DNA of 64,000 nt from Candidatus Hodarchaeaceae archaeon (GTDB lineage: Archaea > Hadarchaeota > Hadarchaeia > Hadarchaeales > Hadarchaeaceae): contig JASEGJ010000001.1 in the NCBI GenBank assembly GCA_030018135.1, positions 64,001 through 128,000 of the forward strand, read 5' to 3'. This document shows positions 1 through 9,655 of this stretch, piece after piece; within the stretch, counting starts at the first letter, position 1, and each line of letters opens with the position of its first letter. The position numbers were made by a program, and so were the translations under genes. Under the pieces are notes generated by a model. It searched no databases, had not been told where the DNA came from, and worked only from the letters and a program-made list of their open reading frames with translations.

Positions 1-179
1 AATGGCACCGCTTTTTTCTTAGCTATCACGGCTTGTAGGTACTCCCTCGCCGCTACTAGACGCATGTTACGTATCGCGCGGCAAACCTCCATCGCGTGCT
101 TTGGCGATATGCGCATCTCCTTACCCATCGCTCTAGCGCAGGGCTCCTCAACTTTGGCTGAATAACCAAACTTCGGCAT
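1..179 (-). CDS. rpl22: 50S ribosomal protein L22 (runs off window edge)
   Basis: Manual translation MPKFGYSAKVEEPCARAMGKEMRISPKHAMEVCRAIR...; follows rps19. Confidence 0.93.
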   Translation of the reverse strand, partial: MPKFGYSAKVEEPCARAMGKEMRISPKHAMEVCRAIRNMRLVAAREYLQAVIAKKKAVP

Positions 180-183
180 CGCA

Positions 184-591
184 TCACTTTAATGGGACAT
201 ACATCGAGCTACGGGTCGCGCCTATGCCGGGTGTGCCATGCGTGACCTTTTTCCTAGTCAGAGAAAATTCGCCTAGACGGTGGCCGATCATCTCAGGCTT
301 GATTTCGATGACGACAAATTCCTTACCATTATATACCCCGAATTTTAAGCCCACCATCTCTGGCAGGACTACCATGTCCCTGCAGTGCGTGCGGATTATG
401 GTCTCCTCCCCGGTCTTCTCTTTTTGTTCCCTTGCCCTGCGGATGTGCTCGAGCAGCTTCTTTTGCCTAGCCTGCAGGCCGCGAAGTAGAGATCGGCGCT
501 GGCGAGATGGTAGGAGCTTTGAGAAATCATCGAGGGATAGCTTTTGAAGTTCTTCTAATGTGTAGCCCCTAAATGTGAACTTCTTAGGCAT
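184..591 (-). CDS. rps19: 30S ribosomal protein S19
   Basis: [28 protein letters not shown] motifs. Confidence 0.97.
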   Translation of the reverse strand: MPKKFTFRGYTLEELQKLSLDDFSKLLPSRQRRSLLRGLQARQKKLLEHIRRAREQKEKTGEETIIRTHCRDMVVLPEMVGLKFGVYNGKEFVVIEIKPEMIGHRLGEFSLTRKKVTHGTPGIGATRSSMYVPLK

Positions 592-595
592 TTGT

Positions 596-1306
596 TCACC
601 TCTTGCCTGTTCTCCTCGCCGCTATCAACCCAATTTTCTGACCTGCGGGTGCACCGCGTGCCACGGTCTTTGGCCTTCCGGCATGCTTTCCCCTGCCTCC
701 GCCAAACGGATGATCGACGACGTTCATCGCCACGCCGCGCACCCTCGGATATGGCTTGCCCTTTGCGAGCATCGCCCAATGTCTCTTTCCGGCCTTGACG
801 AAAGGCTTGTCCACGCGCCCGCCGCCTGCCACGACCCCAATTGTGGCTCGACACTTTGGATTGAATGCCCTGATCTCACCGGAAGGCAGCTGCACGATCG
901 CTTGGCCAACGTCGTGCGCTACCAACGCGGCATAAGTGCCGGAGGCACGAACAAAGCGGCCGCCGTCGCCCGGTTGAGACTCAATATTGTGAATTGCCGT
1001 GCCCTCCGGGATCTCCGCGAGTGATAAGGTGTTGCCTAGTTGAATCGGCGCTGAAATGCCGCATGCGATCTGATCCCCCACTTTTATCCCTTCCGGGGCC
1101 AATACCAAGCGCTCCTGCCCATTTGGGTACCTAACTCGAGCGACGGGCGCGCTTCGCCCCGGGTCGTGCAGGATGTCAATGACGACTGCTGTAGCGATTT
1201 CCTCGGAAGCGGGGGGTAATCTAACCTCGCCCAGATGCCTGAACGACTTTGCCCTATATGTCGGCGTACCCTTGCCCCTCCGCTGGACCCTTATCTTCTT
1301 GCCCAT
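596..1306 (-). CDS. rpl2: 50S ribosomal protein L2
   Basis: [25 protein letters not shown] motifs. Confidence 0.98.
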   Translation of the reverse strand: MGKKIRVQRRGKGTPTYRAKSFRHLGEVRLPPASEEIATAVVIDILHDPGRSAPVARVRYPNGQERLVLAPEGIKVGDQIACGISAPIQLGNTLSLAEIPEGTAIHNIESQPGDGGRFVRASGTYAALVAHDVGQAIVQLPSGEIRAFNPKCRATIGVVAGGGRVDKPFVKAGKRHWAMLAKGKPYPRVRGVAMNVVDHPFGGGRGKHAGRPKTVARGAPAGQKIGLIAARRTGKR

Positions 1307-1569
1307 CAGAACACCCCAAGTTTAGTTGCTATTTCATCCGCCATAAACTCTGGTGCAAGCTTCACATATGCCATTTTGCGTCCGTCGGGCGCGACTTCTA
1401 TTTTTACGTTATCTACCCTAACCTCGAACAGTAGCTCAACGGCGCGCTTGACATCCGCACGAGAGGCGTCCCGCGCGACAATGAATGTCAATTTGTTCTC
1501 GGCCTCGATGAGCCTCACGGCCTTTTCCGCCACATGCGGATGAAGCAATACTTTGTAAGGATCCTTCAA
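1306..1569 (-). CDS. rpl23: 50S ribosomal protein L23
   Basis: EKAVRLIEAENKLTFIV...KMAYVKL; TTG start overlapping rpl4 stop. Confidence 0.95.
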   Translation of the reverse strand: MKDPYKVLLHPHVAEKAVRLIEAENKLTFIVARDASRADVKRAVELLFEVRVDNVKIEVAPDGRKMAYVKLAPEFMADEIATKLGVF

Positions 1570-2348
1570 TTGAACATGCCCCCCGCAAGTTTTTGAATTG
1601 CTGATTTTGTCCATACCGTCAACCGCCCCGACATCCCGCCTGGAGCCAATCGCTCGGCATTTAAGTTGCTTAATGTCGCGACCTCAACTCCGGGAAGGTT
1701 GCTGGCCGCGTGTTCGATGCCGCGGTTTTCGCCGACGACTATCAGCGGCCCGACTGCCCGCCTGCGACGTCTGCCACGCATCTTGCCCCTTCCAGCTCTA
1801 ACCTTGCGGCTTTTTATGACGCGCTCGACATCTTGCCAAACCCCTAATTTTTGCAGTACCTCCTTCGCTTGGCTGGATTTCTTCAGCCCCTCGAGTTCGT
1901 CGCTAACTACCAAGGGCAACTCCGCGACGCCATCAACAACATGACCGCGGGAACTCACCAATTGTTTTTCCTTGGTCGCTGCGATTGCCGAACGAACCGC
2001 TAGGCGGCGCTCCCTCTTGTTTATGCGCTCAGGCAAAACCCTCTCGACCTTTGGGGGATGTGCGCGCCTGCCGCCTACCGTATGTGGCACGAAAGCCCCC
2101 CGTCCGGCAGCTGGATATCTGCTACCCTTCACCCGACGAACGCGGGCGACGCCATGGCCCTTACCCCACGTTTCGGCGGATGTCCGCTTGCCAGCCGTGA
2201 CATCGGTGCCCCAAGGCTGGAGGCGAGCAGTTTGAGCAGAGATGACTGCTCGCCTTACAACATCTGGTCTGAGCTCCTCCTCGAAGATGGGGGGGAGCTC
2301 GATCTCCTCAAGCGGCTTTCCGTCCAAGGAGAAAACGTGAACCTTCAT
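1566..2348 (-). CDS. rpl4: 50S ribosomal protein L4
   Basis: TSAETWGKGHGVARV, GGRRAHPPK, LAPGG motifs. Confidence 0.97.
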   Translation of the reverse strand: MKVHVFSLDGKPLEEIELPPIFEEELRPDVVRRAVISAQTARLQPWGTDVTAGKRTSAETWGKGHGVARVRRVKGSRYPAAGRGAFVPHTVGGRRAHPPKVERVLPERINKRERRLAVRSAIAATKEKQLVSSRGHVVDGVAELPLVVSDELEGLKKSSQAKEVLQKLGVWQDVERVIKSRKVRAGRGKMRGRRRRRAVGPLIVVGENRGIEHAASNLPGVEVATLSNLNAERLAPGGMSGRLTVWTKSAIQKLAGGMFN

Positions 2349-2350
2349 TT

Positions 2351-3361
2351 TTATGCACCCTGCTGAGAGGCTGTGCTTATGTGGGTGATCGATAGCGGCG
2401 CCGTTGGCATGCCCCCCGGCAACCTTATAGGTTGCCTTAGGTGTACGAGCCTTTTAGTCGGTCCCGGTATCGAGCCCATCAGCATGATAAAGTCGTTCCT
2501 TATGGGGCCATACCGGAGGAACCCCCCGCTGGGCGTAACCGCCTTGCCATCGCTGCCCAGCTTTAAGACGCGTTTGTTGAACTCCGTGCGCTGGTTATAC
2601 CCCATTTGGCCAGAGCCCGGCACCGTCCACATTATCCGCGGTGGCTTCCAAGGCCCGAGCGTGCCAACTTGGCGGCTGCCATCGTCCTGCTTGCGCGGCA
2701 GGATTTTGATCCCCCAACGTTTAACCGGTCCTTGAAAACCTTTGCCCTTTGTAACCGCCAATACATCGACGTATTCACCCTCCTTAAAAACGTCGGCAAC
2801 TCGGACCTGCTTGCCGAGCAAGCCCCTGCAGTAATTCCAACGCTCCTCGACCGAGCTGCCCCCAACGCGGATCTCCACGACATCCGGCTTTTTCTTTTGC
2901 ATGTTGCTAAAGTGGGGCTGGGTGCACGAAATCACGCGCAAATCCTTAACCTTGTCATCCTTGACGAGCGCCTCAGCCTCAGCTAGGGCCTTTTGCTGAT
3001 CGTACTTCTTTGGTACCTTTACCACACGAGCTAGCTCCTTTGGGGGCTCGCCCGCCCAAACCTCGGTCAGGGTATTAAGACCTCGAGTGCCTGAGCCGTA
3101 CAACCGAATCGCGCAAACGACGAGGGGCGGGGCCTCGATCACCGTCGCAGGTACGCATATCTCCTGCCCGGCGGTTAGGCTGCCCTTACGATCGTCTATT
3201 GTGAACACCTGAGTCATGCCAGCCTTGTAGCCGACGAAGCCCTGTAAGCGCAAGCTAGCGTCCGCTGGCCACGCCCGCACATGGGCTATCGCTCTAGGGG
3301 CGCGCGTTCGAGGCATGAACGCCAACGACCCCCTCTTCGGGTGGTGCGGCCTCTTGCCCAT
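2351..3361 (-). CDS. rpl3: 50S ribosomal protein L3
   Basis: PKRGSLAF, GYKAGMT, TKGKGFQGPVKRWG motifs. Confidence 0.98.
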   Translation of the reverse strand: MGKRPHHPKRGSLAFMPRTRAPRAIAHVRAWPADASLRLQGFVGYKAGMTQVFTIDDRKGSLTAGQEICVPATVIEAPPLVVCAIRLYGSGTRGLNTLTEVWAGEPPKELARVVKVPKKYDQQKALAEAEALVKDDKVKDLRVISCTQPHFSNMQKKKPDVVEIRVGGSSVEERWNYCRGLLGKQVRVADVFKEGEYVDVLAVTKGKGFQGPVKRWGIKILPRKQDDGSRQVGTLGPWKPPRIMWTVPGSGQMGYNQRTEFNKRVLKLGSDGKAVTPSGGFLRYGPIRNDFIMLMGSIPGPTKRLVHLRQPIRLPGGMPTAPLSITHISTASQQGA

Positions 3362-4213
3362 TTATTTCCCCCATATCGATGCGTTCAGCAGCGCAAGTGT
3401 AGCCATGAGCGCCTCCTCAGTCCGGACGGTCTCTGTCCCCTGCTGGGGTATGGTGTTGATCACGACGTCGAAGAGCTCGCCCGCATCGACGCCTTGGCGC
3501 TCGCATATCTCGAAGAGACCCTGGTAAGGCCCCCCGAATGCGACCGCTACGCTTCTCGGTTTGCTATCCCCTATCCCTCGCAGGGCTTCATATAAATTTT
3601 TGCCGTATCGTGAGGTCCCTATTACATAATCGGCTTTCAGCGATTTTAAAGCATCTGCAAGGCTTCTGGCCAGCGAGACATCATAGCCCCAGTATTCTTC
3701 GACCCTCCCTCGCGCCACCTGCGTAACTGCCATCCGATCCTCGCCCAAGCGATCGCCCAGCCTAACGGTCAATCTTTGGCCAACCCTGAGCCTCTCGCTG
3801 GTAAATCCCTTCTCGCGTAGGCCAATCTCGAGTAAGCTGCCTAGCTCGTCAACCTTAATAACCGCAGCCTCGCGATAATCGCCGGGATTTGTCCTTTCGT
3901 CGCGAAGCGGGTGGTGCGGCGTGCGCAACGGCGGCAATATGCCAGCAAACCTAAGATTTCGCTCCCTCGGAAAGAGCAATCTGCGTAGATACTGAGGAGT
4001 TTCGATATAACGCAGGAGGGTCGCCACCGCTTCAGCTTCCGCGGCCTGATTTTTGATCCGCGGATCATCATCATTATACAAAACAGCTTTATCGACGCGG
4101 AAAATCGCGAGCGAGCGTCCGACCATTCCAATCTTCATTGTTTTCTGTTGAAGGTTGGGCGCATCGGCCACAAGCGACGTCGGCAACAACACGAAAACAA
4201 ATAACTTTGACAT
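3362..4213 (-). CDS. SPOUT-family RNA methyltransferase (DUF171/MTH1-like)
   Basis: ETPQYLRR, GILPPLRTPHH, NTIPQQGTETVRTEEA; typical position upstream of rpl3. Confidence 0.9.
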   Translation of the reverse strand: MSKLFVFVLLPTSLVADAPNLQQKTMKIGMVGRSLAIFRVDKAVLYNDDDPRIKNQAAEAEAVATLLRYIETPQYLRRLLFPRERNLRFAGILPPLRTPHHPLRDERTNPGDYREAAVIKVDELGSLLEIGLREKGFTSERLRVGQRLTVRLGDRLGEDRMAVTQVARGRVEEYWGYDVSLARSLADALKSLKADYVIGTSRYGKNLYEALRGIGDSKPRSVAVAFGGPYQGLFEICERQGVDAGELFDVVINTIPQQGTETVRTEEALMATLALLNASIWGK

Positions 4214-4225
4214 CTGACCCTCCGA

Positions 4226-7098
4226 CTAACCCTTTGCAACGCCAATGGGCTTGAGCCGAGCGACCATCCGCGCAGTGCCCGCGTCGTGGCTGACCTTCAC
4301 CACGCGATCGACATCTTTGTAAGCTTCGGGGGCCTCCTCCGCGATGACCGATATCTTCACCGCTCGCACGATGATGCCCTTGGCTTCCAAGTCGCGTTTG
4401 ACCTGCTCGCCCCAGTATTGCTTTAGCGCCGCGGTTCGACTCATGTGGCGCCCGGAGCCGTGTGCGGTCGAGGCAAAGGTCTCCTGCATGGCCTGTTCGG
4501 TGCCCACCAACACGTAGGAAGCGGTGCCCATGTCCCCCGGGATCAATACAGGCTGGCCGACATCGCGATAAATTGCCGGTATATCCGGATGTCCTGGCCC
4601 GAACGCGCGCGTCGCACCCTTGCGGTGCACGTAAACCTTCCGTAGCTCGCCGTCGACGCGGTGTTCCTCGAGCTTGGCGATATTGTGCGCCACGTCGTAA
4701 ATTATGTGCAAACCAAGGCTTCCGGCATCGCGACCGAATACCTGCTCGAAGGACTGTCTGACCCAGTGGGTTATCATCTGGCGATTGGCCCAAGCGTAGT
4801 TCGCCGCGCACGCCATCGCTGAAAAGTAAGCTTGCCCCTCGGGCGAGGTCACGGGCACATTCACCAGCTCTCGGTCTGGAAGCTCGATCTTATATTGCCT
4901 GACCACGCGCTCCATCGTCCTGAGGTAATCGGAACAGACTTGGTGGCCCAAACCTCGCGAGCCCGTATGGATCATCACCGTTACCTGTCCCTCGCGCTCT
5001 ATGCCAAACTTGCTGGCCACCTGTGGGTCGAGGATCTTATCGACCTGCTGCACCTCGAGGAAGTGATTGCCTGAGCCTAGGCTACCCAACTGTGGGAAGC
5101 CCCGTTGCTTCGCGCTCATGCTGACCTTCTTGGCGTCTGCACCCGCCATACAGCCGCCCTCCTCCAAGCGCTCGATGTCCTCCTTCCAACCGAAGCCGTT
5201 CTCGACGGCCCACCTCGCCCCATTCGTCAGGACCTCGTCCAGCTGGGCGAGTGTGAGCTTCATGTGGCCTGTGCTCCCCAAGCCTGAGGGCACGTTTCGG
5301 AAGAGTGTTTCCACTAGCTGGCGAAGCTTTGGCTGGATATCTTTTTTATCGAGGTTTGTTTGCAGCAACCTGACCCCACAATTTGAAACCACAAAACAGT
5401 CCGCAACAAAGTTGTGATGATTATCCCTAACCGTAAAGTCGTACACTTGACCATTGTGTTCGATCTCCTCCATTTTCACGATCCTATCGTAAACAATTTC
5501 CCCCTCCAAAAACTTGCTCAAAAATTCCTCAAATCTGATGAAGCCCTTTGGAGGTCTAGCCCCTTCGGTTTCCTCGTATATGCTCCTCTCGATAAACTTT
5601 TTATTGACCGGCCCCTCGTACCTCTTCATCAGTTCCTTAGCGCTGCTTTCCCTGCGATCCTCCCGTGTCTCCTTCCTTAAAAGCTCCCTTTCCTGAACAA
5701 TGGCTTGTTTTAGTCTTAGGTAGACGACCGCTGCCATAGCGAGTGCCCTTCGTTTTCTGTTGTATTCGTATCCCACCTTAGACCATAATTTGACCAAGTT
5801 TTCGGGATCTCCGTGAACTAAGAGCCTATAGATTGCCTTGTTCTCGGTCTCCTCAGCGATTGAAATAGTTGAACTCACACCGAACTCCCTAAGCATCTCC
5901 TTTAAATCCCGCAGGAATTTGAGACCGTTTCTCTCTTTCCCCTTCTCTTTGGAAAGCTTTAGCTCGGGCATGTAGAAATTGTAGCCATTCATCGTTTTCG
6001 GCTTGGACATTTCCGCTCCAAAATAGGCAGCCAAAAATAATCTTTTCAACCAGTTGGGTAATCTACGCAACCATCTCGGAACGCGGAAGTCTGCTTTTGT
6101 TTTATCTCCCTTTGGATAGCCAAGTGCCCGTAGGAGTTCGGTGAGGCTCCTAGCAGAAACTCTCAGGAAAACCTCATTTCTAACAAATCTATATCCCTTA
6201 ATTTCGTGCTCCCGTCTCCTCTCGTATATCCTGCCGGCATATCCTAGGGAATTTAGATCCGTCTTTACGTCTTCCAGATCGCTTCTTTCCCCGTAAAATA
6301 CCACGTTCTTGCCGTAGACGACCCCGTCGCCCAGCAAGTAGCTGAAGATTTTCACAAGGTAAGGCAACTTTTCATTTGTAGTAGTGAGGGGAAGCAGTCC
6401 TCGCTTTTTCAACTCTTCTCTAATTGCTTTCCCAAAGCTTTCTTCCGACGCGATCTCGAACTCCACCGGTTCCTCGTAAGCTACGCCCTCAAATGGGTGA
6501 ATCCCAACTTCCTCACCCTGGTAGAGATTCTTGGCCTCCTTCATCCCTACCCTAGTTAGGACTGGGTGATCTGGGGAGAGGGTCAACTTAAACCCTGCCG
6601 CTGTTTCAATCCTTCGGAGGGTCTGTTCATCCCTGTTGAGAGTCAGAAGAACTTCAGTGGGCCTAGCGTGGCCTTGGTTCAGTACGATTACTTGGTCACC
6701 CACGGAGACCTTTTCAATTTCAGCCCAATATCCGAGGGGGGTTAAGACCTTAGTATCCCTTGGAAGGCAGTTGATATCATAGCCCACACCGCCGGGGCTG
6801 ATGACACCCGTCTCAGCATCTGTGGCGGCTACACCCCCGATGGGGAACCCTTAGCCCGAACACGTTTGGACGTGTTCGAATAGCCCTGGTGCCCATCGGG
6901 GAGCGTTATCGAGTACTTATAGATCCCTTGCAGGAACGAAACATTCGCGGCCTGCTCCAGCGTCAGGTCCTTCCTCATCTCGTTGAGCAATTCGGCATCT
7001 GCATAAACTCGGGCTGGCGCGCGCATCCCGCGCTTGTAGTCCTGAGGGATCTCCCAGCGGACATCGTCGATTTGCTTTATTTTACCAGTCCACGACAT
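4226..7098 (-). CDS. rtcB: RNA-splicing ligase RtcB; join of 6880..7098 and 4226..6850 (29-nt intron), contains an intein
   Basis: [69 protein letters not shown]; about 484 aa after removing intron and intein. Confidence 0.95.
5381..6769 (-). mobile_element. Intein (463 aa) with LAGLIDADG endonuclease in RtcB
   Basis: Begins CLPRDTKV, block [13 protein letters not shown] and [11 protein letters not shown] motifs, ends [18 protein letters not shown]|C; inserted before the metal-binding Cys of DINCGVR. Confidence 0.95.
6851..6879 (-). other. Candidate BHB/BHL-type mRNA intron in rtcB (29 nt)
   Basis: GGCU AU^U CGAACACG UCCAAA CGUGUUCG GGCU AA^G; removal gives in-frame Gln-Gly-Tyr-Gly-Phe-Pro. 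Confidence 0.88.
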
Positions 7099-7161
7099 TT
7101 TTCTCACATAAATAAGGTGGACACAATGTTACTAATTACCTTTTGGTTCGGAAAAGTATGC

Positions 7162-7518
7162 CTAGCTTTGTAAAAGAAAACTCCCTATGGCAGCTCCGGT
7201 ATGTGGGGCTTTTGTAAGTAGTCCGGAGAGTAATAGTTTTCTTAGTTCATTTCGTCGGCTAATCCGGACCCAAGAGCGATTTTGATTATCATGCGTTGTA
7301 AGAGTACATTTGATCCCAAAACAATATCGAAGCATGTGAGCAATTTTGGCCATTGCTTGAGAGTCGTGTGACCCCAACTCAAATGATCCATATCTACCTG
7401 CTTTCACGCGGAAATACCCTCGATGTTTGAATACCTCCAATAGTACTAGCTTGGCTTTTTTGCCGTTTCCTGCTTTTAGATGCCCCCAATCTCCGTAATA
7501 CTTCCGGTATCGACTCAA
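7162..7518 (-). CDS. Basic hypothetical protein, possibly a degenerate LAGLIDADG-like domain
   Basis: LRYCFGIKCTL...SWVRIS resembles a LAGLIDADG C-terminal half; TTG start overlaps upstream ORF stop (TTGA); AT-richer DNA. Confidence 0.5.
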   Translation of the reverse strand: MSRYRKYYGDWGHLKAGNGKKAKLVLLEVFKHRGYFRVKAGRYGSFELGSHDSQAMAKIAHMLRYCFGIKCTLTTHDNQNRSWVRISRRNELRKLLLSGLLTKAPHTGAAIGSFLLQS

Positions 7519-8090
7519 GATAGCCGCAATTTCATTTGCTTACGCTGATGATAGAAGCCGACTCTATTGTAGAAGCGCTCCAAATTTTCCCGTCCACAAA
7601 TCCTTAGCAGATGGGTCCCTCTATGGCTCCGAAATTTTAGATGCGAATAAATACCGAAATCCTTGACCAAAACTGCTCTTAGGTGACATAATCCTGCTTG
7701 GTTTACCGATTCAACAGTTACTTCTCTGTTTACGTAAGTGACCGTAGCGTCTGAATCAAAAAACGCCCTTATCCATTCCCGAATCCATCGCTGTTTTTTA
7801 AGATTAGGCATCCGCCACTTATGGGAGCCCACTGGCCCTAAAGATAAGATTGTGTGGACGACTTTCTTTTTTTGGGCCAATACTGTAAACCATGCGCCAT
7901 ACCTACCTTCCGCCTCATGGACGCTTGGGGGATAATCGAGCTTAGCAAAAGCTTCTACTATTCTGTTCAAACAAGCTCGATCATCAATCTTGATGTCCAA
8001 ACGAACTCTGGACTTCCGATAAGGATAACTGTAGATATTGGCATAACCATCGCCGCACACGTAGCCATGCAATCTGGCAAGGTACCGCAT
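7515..8090 (-). CDS. Free-standing LAGLIDADG homing endonuclease-like protein
   Basis: LARLHGYVCGDG and WIRAFFDSDA motifs, FGI, FYNRVGFYHQRKQ; no intein splicing blocks. Confidence 0.8.
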   Translation of the reverse strand: MRYLARLHGYVCGDGYANIYSYPYRKSRVRLDIKIDDRACLNRIVEAFAKLDYPPSVHEAEGRYGAWFTVLAQKKKVVHTILSLGPVGSHKWRMPNLKKQRWIREWIRAFFDSDATVTYVNREVTVESVNQAGLCHLRAVLVKDFGIYSHLKFRSHRGTHLLRICGRENLERFYNRVGFYHQRKQMKLRLS

Positions 8091-8198
8091 CTTTTGCGAA
8101 TTTACCTTTATGGATGCACCCCGACAAATTAGCTGAAGAAAAAACGACCTAAGCGATTTTGGGGAGAGAGATGCCCGAAAGTAACTATAAAGGCCAGC

Positions 8199-8627
8199 TC
8201 AGATATCGACGACCGCTTGTACCGAACACCTGCCAGGCTCGTGCTTGATCTCCATCATGTGATAGGTCATAGCCTTGACCGCGGTACGGGTATCATGACG
8301 CTTCGGGTCGAAACGCTCCCCCCAAGCCCTGGCTTTGACCTTGAAGTTGTGGTCGCGCTGAATGAGCTCATCGACCTTAAATTTGGACATCACAAACCCC
8401 TGTGCATCATAAAAGTAGAGGAACCGCTCGAGCCAGTCATACAGCAGCGCGCCCTCGTCCTCGGCCTCGAGCTCGATGCTGACCTCCTGCAGCGGGCGTA
8501 CTTGGCTGGTGTCCACCATCACCTCGAATAGGGCCAAGGCCGCATTCTCGAGCGCCTCGGCTAGGTCTCGTCCATAAGCGCGGAAGCCTACGTCGGAGGG
8601 ATGCTCAACCCACTCGAAGCGCTTCAT
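8199..8627 (-). CDS. Archease (RtcB activator)
   Basis: FEWVEHPSDVG, VKAMTYH, C-terminal VVDI. Confidence 0.93.
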   Translation of the reverse strand: MKRFEWVEHPSDVGFRAYGRDLAEALENAALALFEVMVDTSQVRPLQEVSIELEAEDEGALLYDWLERFLYFYDAQGFVMSKFKVDELIQRDHNFKVKARAWGERFDPKRHDTRTAVKAMTYHMMEIKHEPGRCSVQAVVDI

Positions 8628-8707
8628 TTCAACATCCGCCGAAATTTTCTTTAATCGATCAATCCACATTTAATTTTAAAAGTTGAGACATTTAAATTAC
8701 GGCTGGG

Positions 8708-9631
8708 ATGGCGCTGCGGTCCAAATTGGATTTAATAGCGGTTGGCAACCTTAACATCGACCTAATTGGTAGGATCAAAGGGCTCCCCGCTCGAGACGAG
8801 AAGTTGCTACTGGAAGAATTCGCACGATGTCCCGGCGGCGGGGCGGCAAACTTCGCGGTTGCGTGCTCCAGGCTGGGCTTAAAATCTGGCTTCATAGGGT
8901 GCGTTGGCAGCGATGAATTCGGCAAAGAAATTCTTGCCGACCTCGAACGGGAAAACGTGGATAAAACGCATGTAAAAATTGTCGACGCACCAACCGGACT
9001 CGTCTTCGCCCTCTCGACTCCCGGGGGCGATCATTTCTCAGTTGCATACCGAGGGGCAAACTTATTCCTAAAACCCGAGGATATCGACGACGACTACATC
9101 AAGAAAACTAAACTGCTGCACGCGAGCAGCGTCACACCTGAGGTAGCGCTCGCGGTTGGCTCAAAGGCCGAAAAATATGGGCTCTTGGCCTCGCTTGATC
9201 TAGGGGCAGAGCTGGCGGAGCTTAAGATAGGTAAGCTGCTCGAGATCATCGAACTTTTCGACATCTGCTTCATGAACCGAAGAACTTACAAAAAAGTCTT
9301 CAGGGGAAGGCCAAGCAAGAGAGGAATTTTGAAAAATTTCCCCGAGGGGCTCGAAGTTTTGGTCGTGACAATGGGTGCAAGGGGTGCCATGGCGACCGAT
9401 GGCAAAAGCGTAGCCTCCGGTCCACCGTACAAGGTTGAGGTGAGGGACTCAACCGGCGCGGGCGATGCTTTCGCTGCCGCCTTCGATGTCGTCTGGTTGC
9501 GGGGCGGGGACTTAGAAAAAGCCATTAGATATGCCCTAGCGGGGGCTGCAATTAAGATTCAACGCCTCGGGGCTAGGGAGGGACTGCCAACCATGGAGGA
9601 GCTCGAAGAGTTCGTGCGAACTCATGTCTGA
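8708..9631 (+). CDS. PfkB/ribokinase-family carbohydrate kinase
   Basis: PGGGAANFA, DSTGAGDAF. Confidence 0.92.
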   Translation: MALRSKLDLIAVGNLNIDLIGRIKGLPARDEKLLLEEFARCPGGGAANFAVACSRLGLKSGFIGCVGSDEFGKEILADLERENVDKTHVKIVDAPTGLVFALSTPGGDHFSVAYRGANLFLKPEDIDDDYIKKTKLLHASSVTPEVALAVGSKAEKYGLLASLDLGAELAELKIGKLLEIIELFDICFMNRRTYKKVFRGRPSKRGILKNFPEGLEVLVVTMGARGAMATDGKSVASGPPYKVEVRDSTGAGDAFAAAFDVVWLRGGDLEKAIRYALAGAAIKIQRLGAREGLPTMEELEEFVRTHV

Positions 9632-9655
9632 TCAGACTTCGCCTGCTTTGGCTGC

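Noticed and set aside
6829-7107. rtcB as an ordinary frameshifted pseudogene or sequencing error
   Set aside because: The lesion is a clean 29-nt structured insert with no loss of coding residues, and all catalytic motifs are intact.
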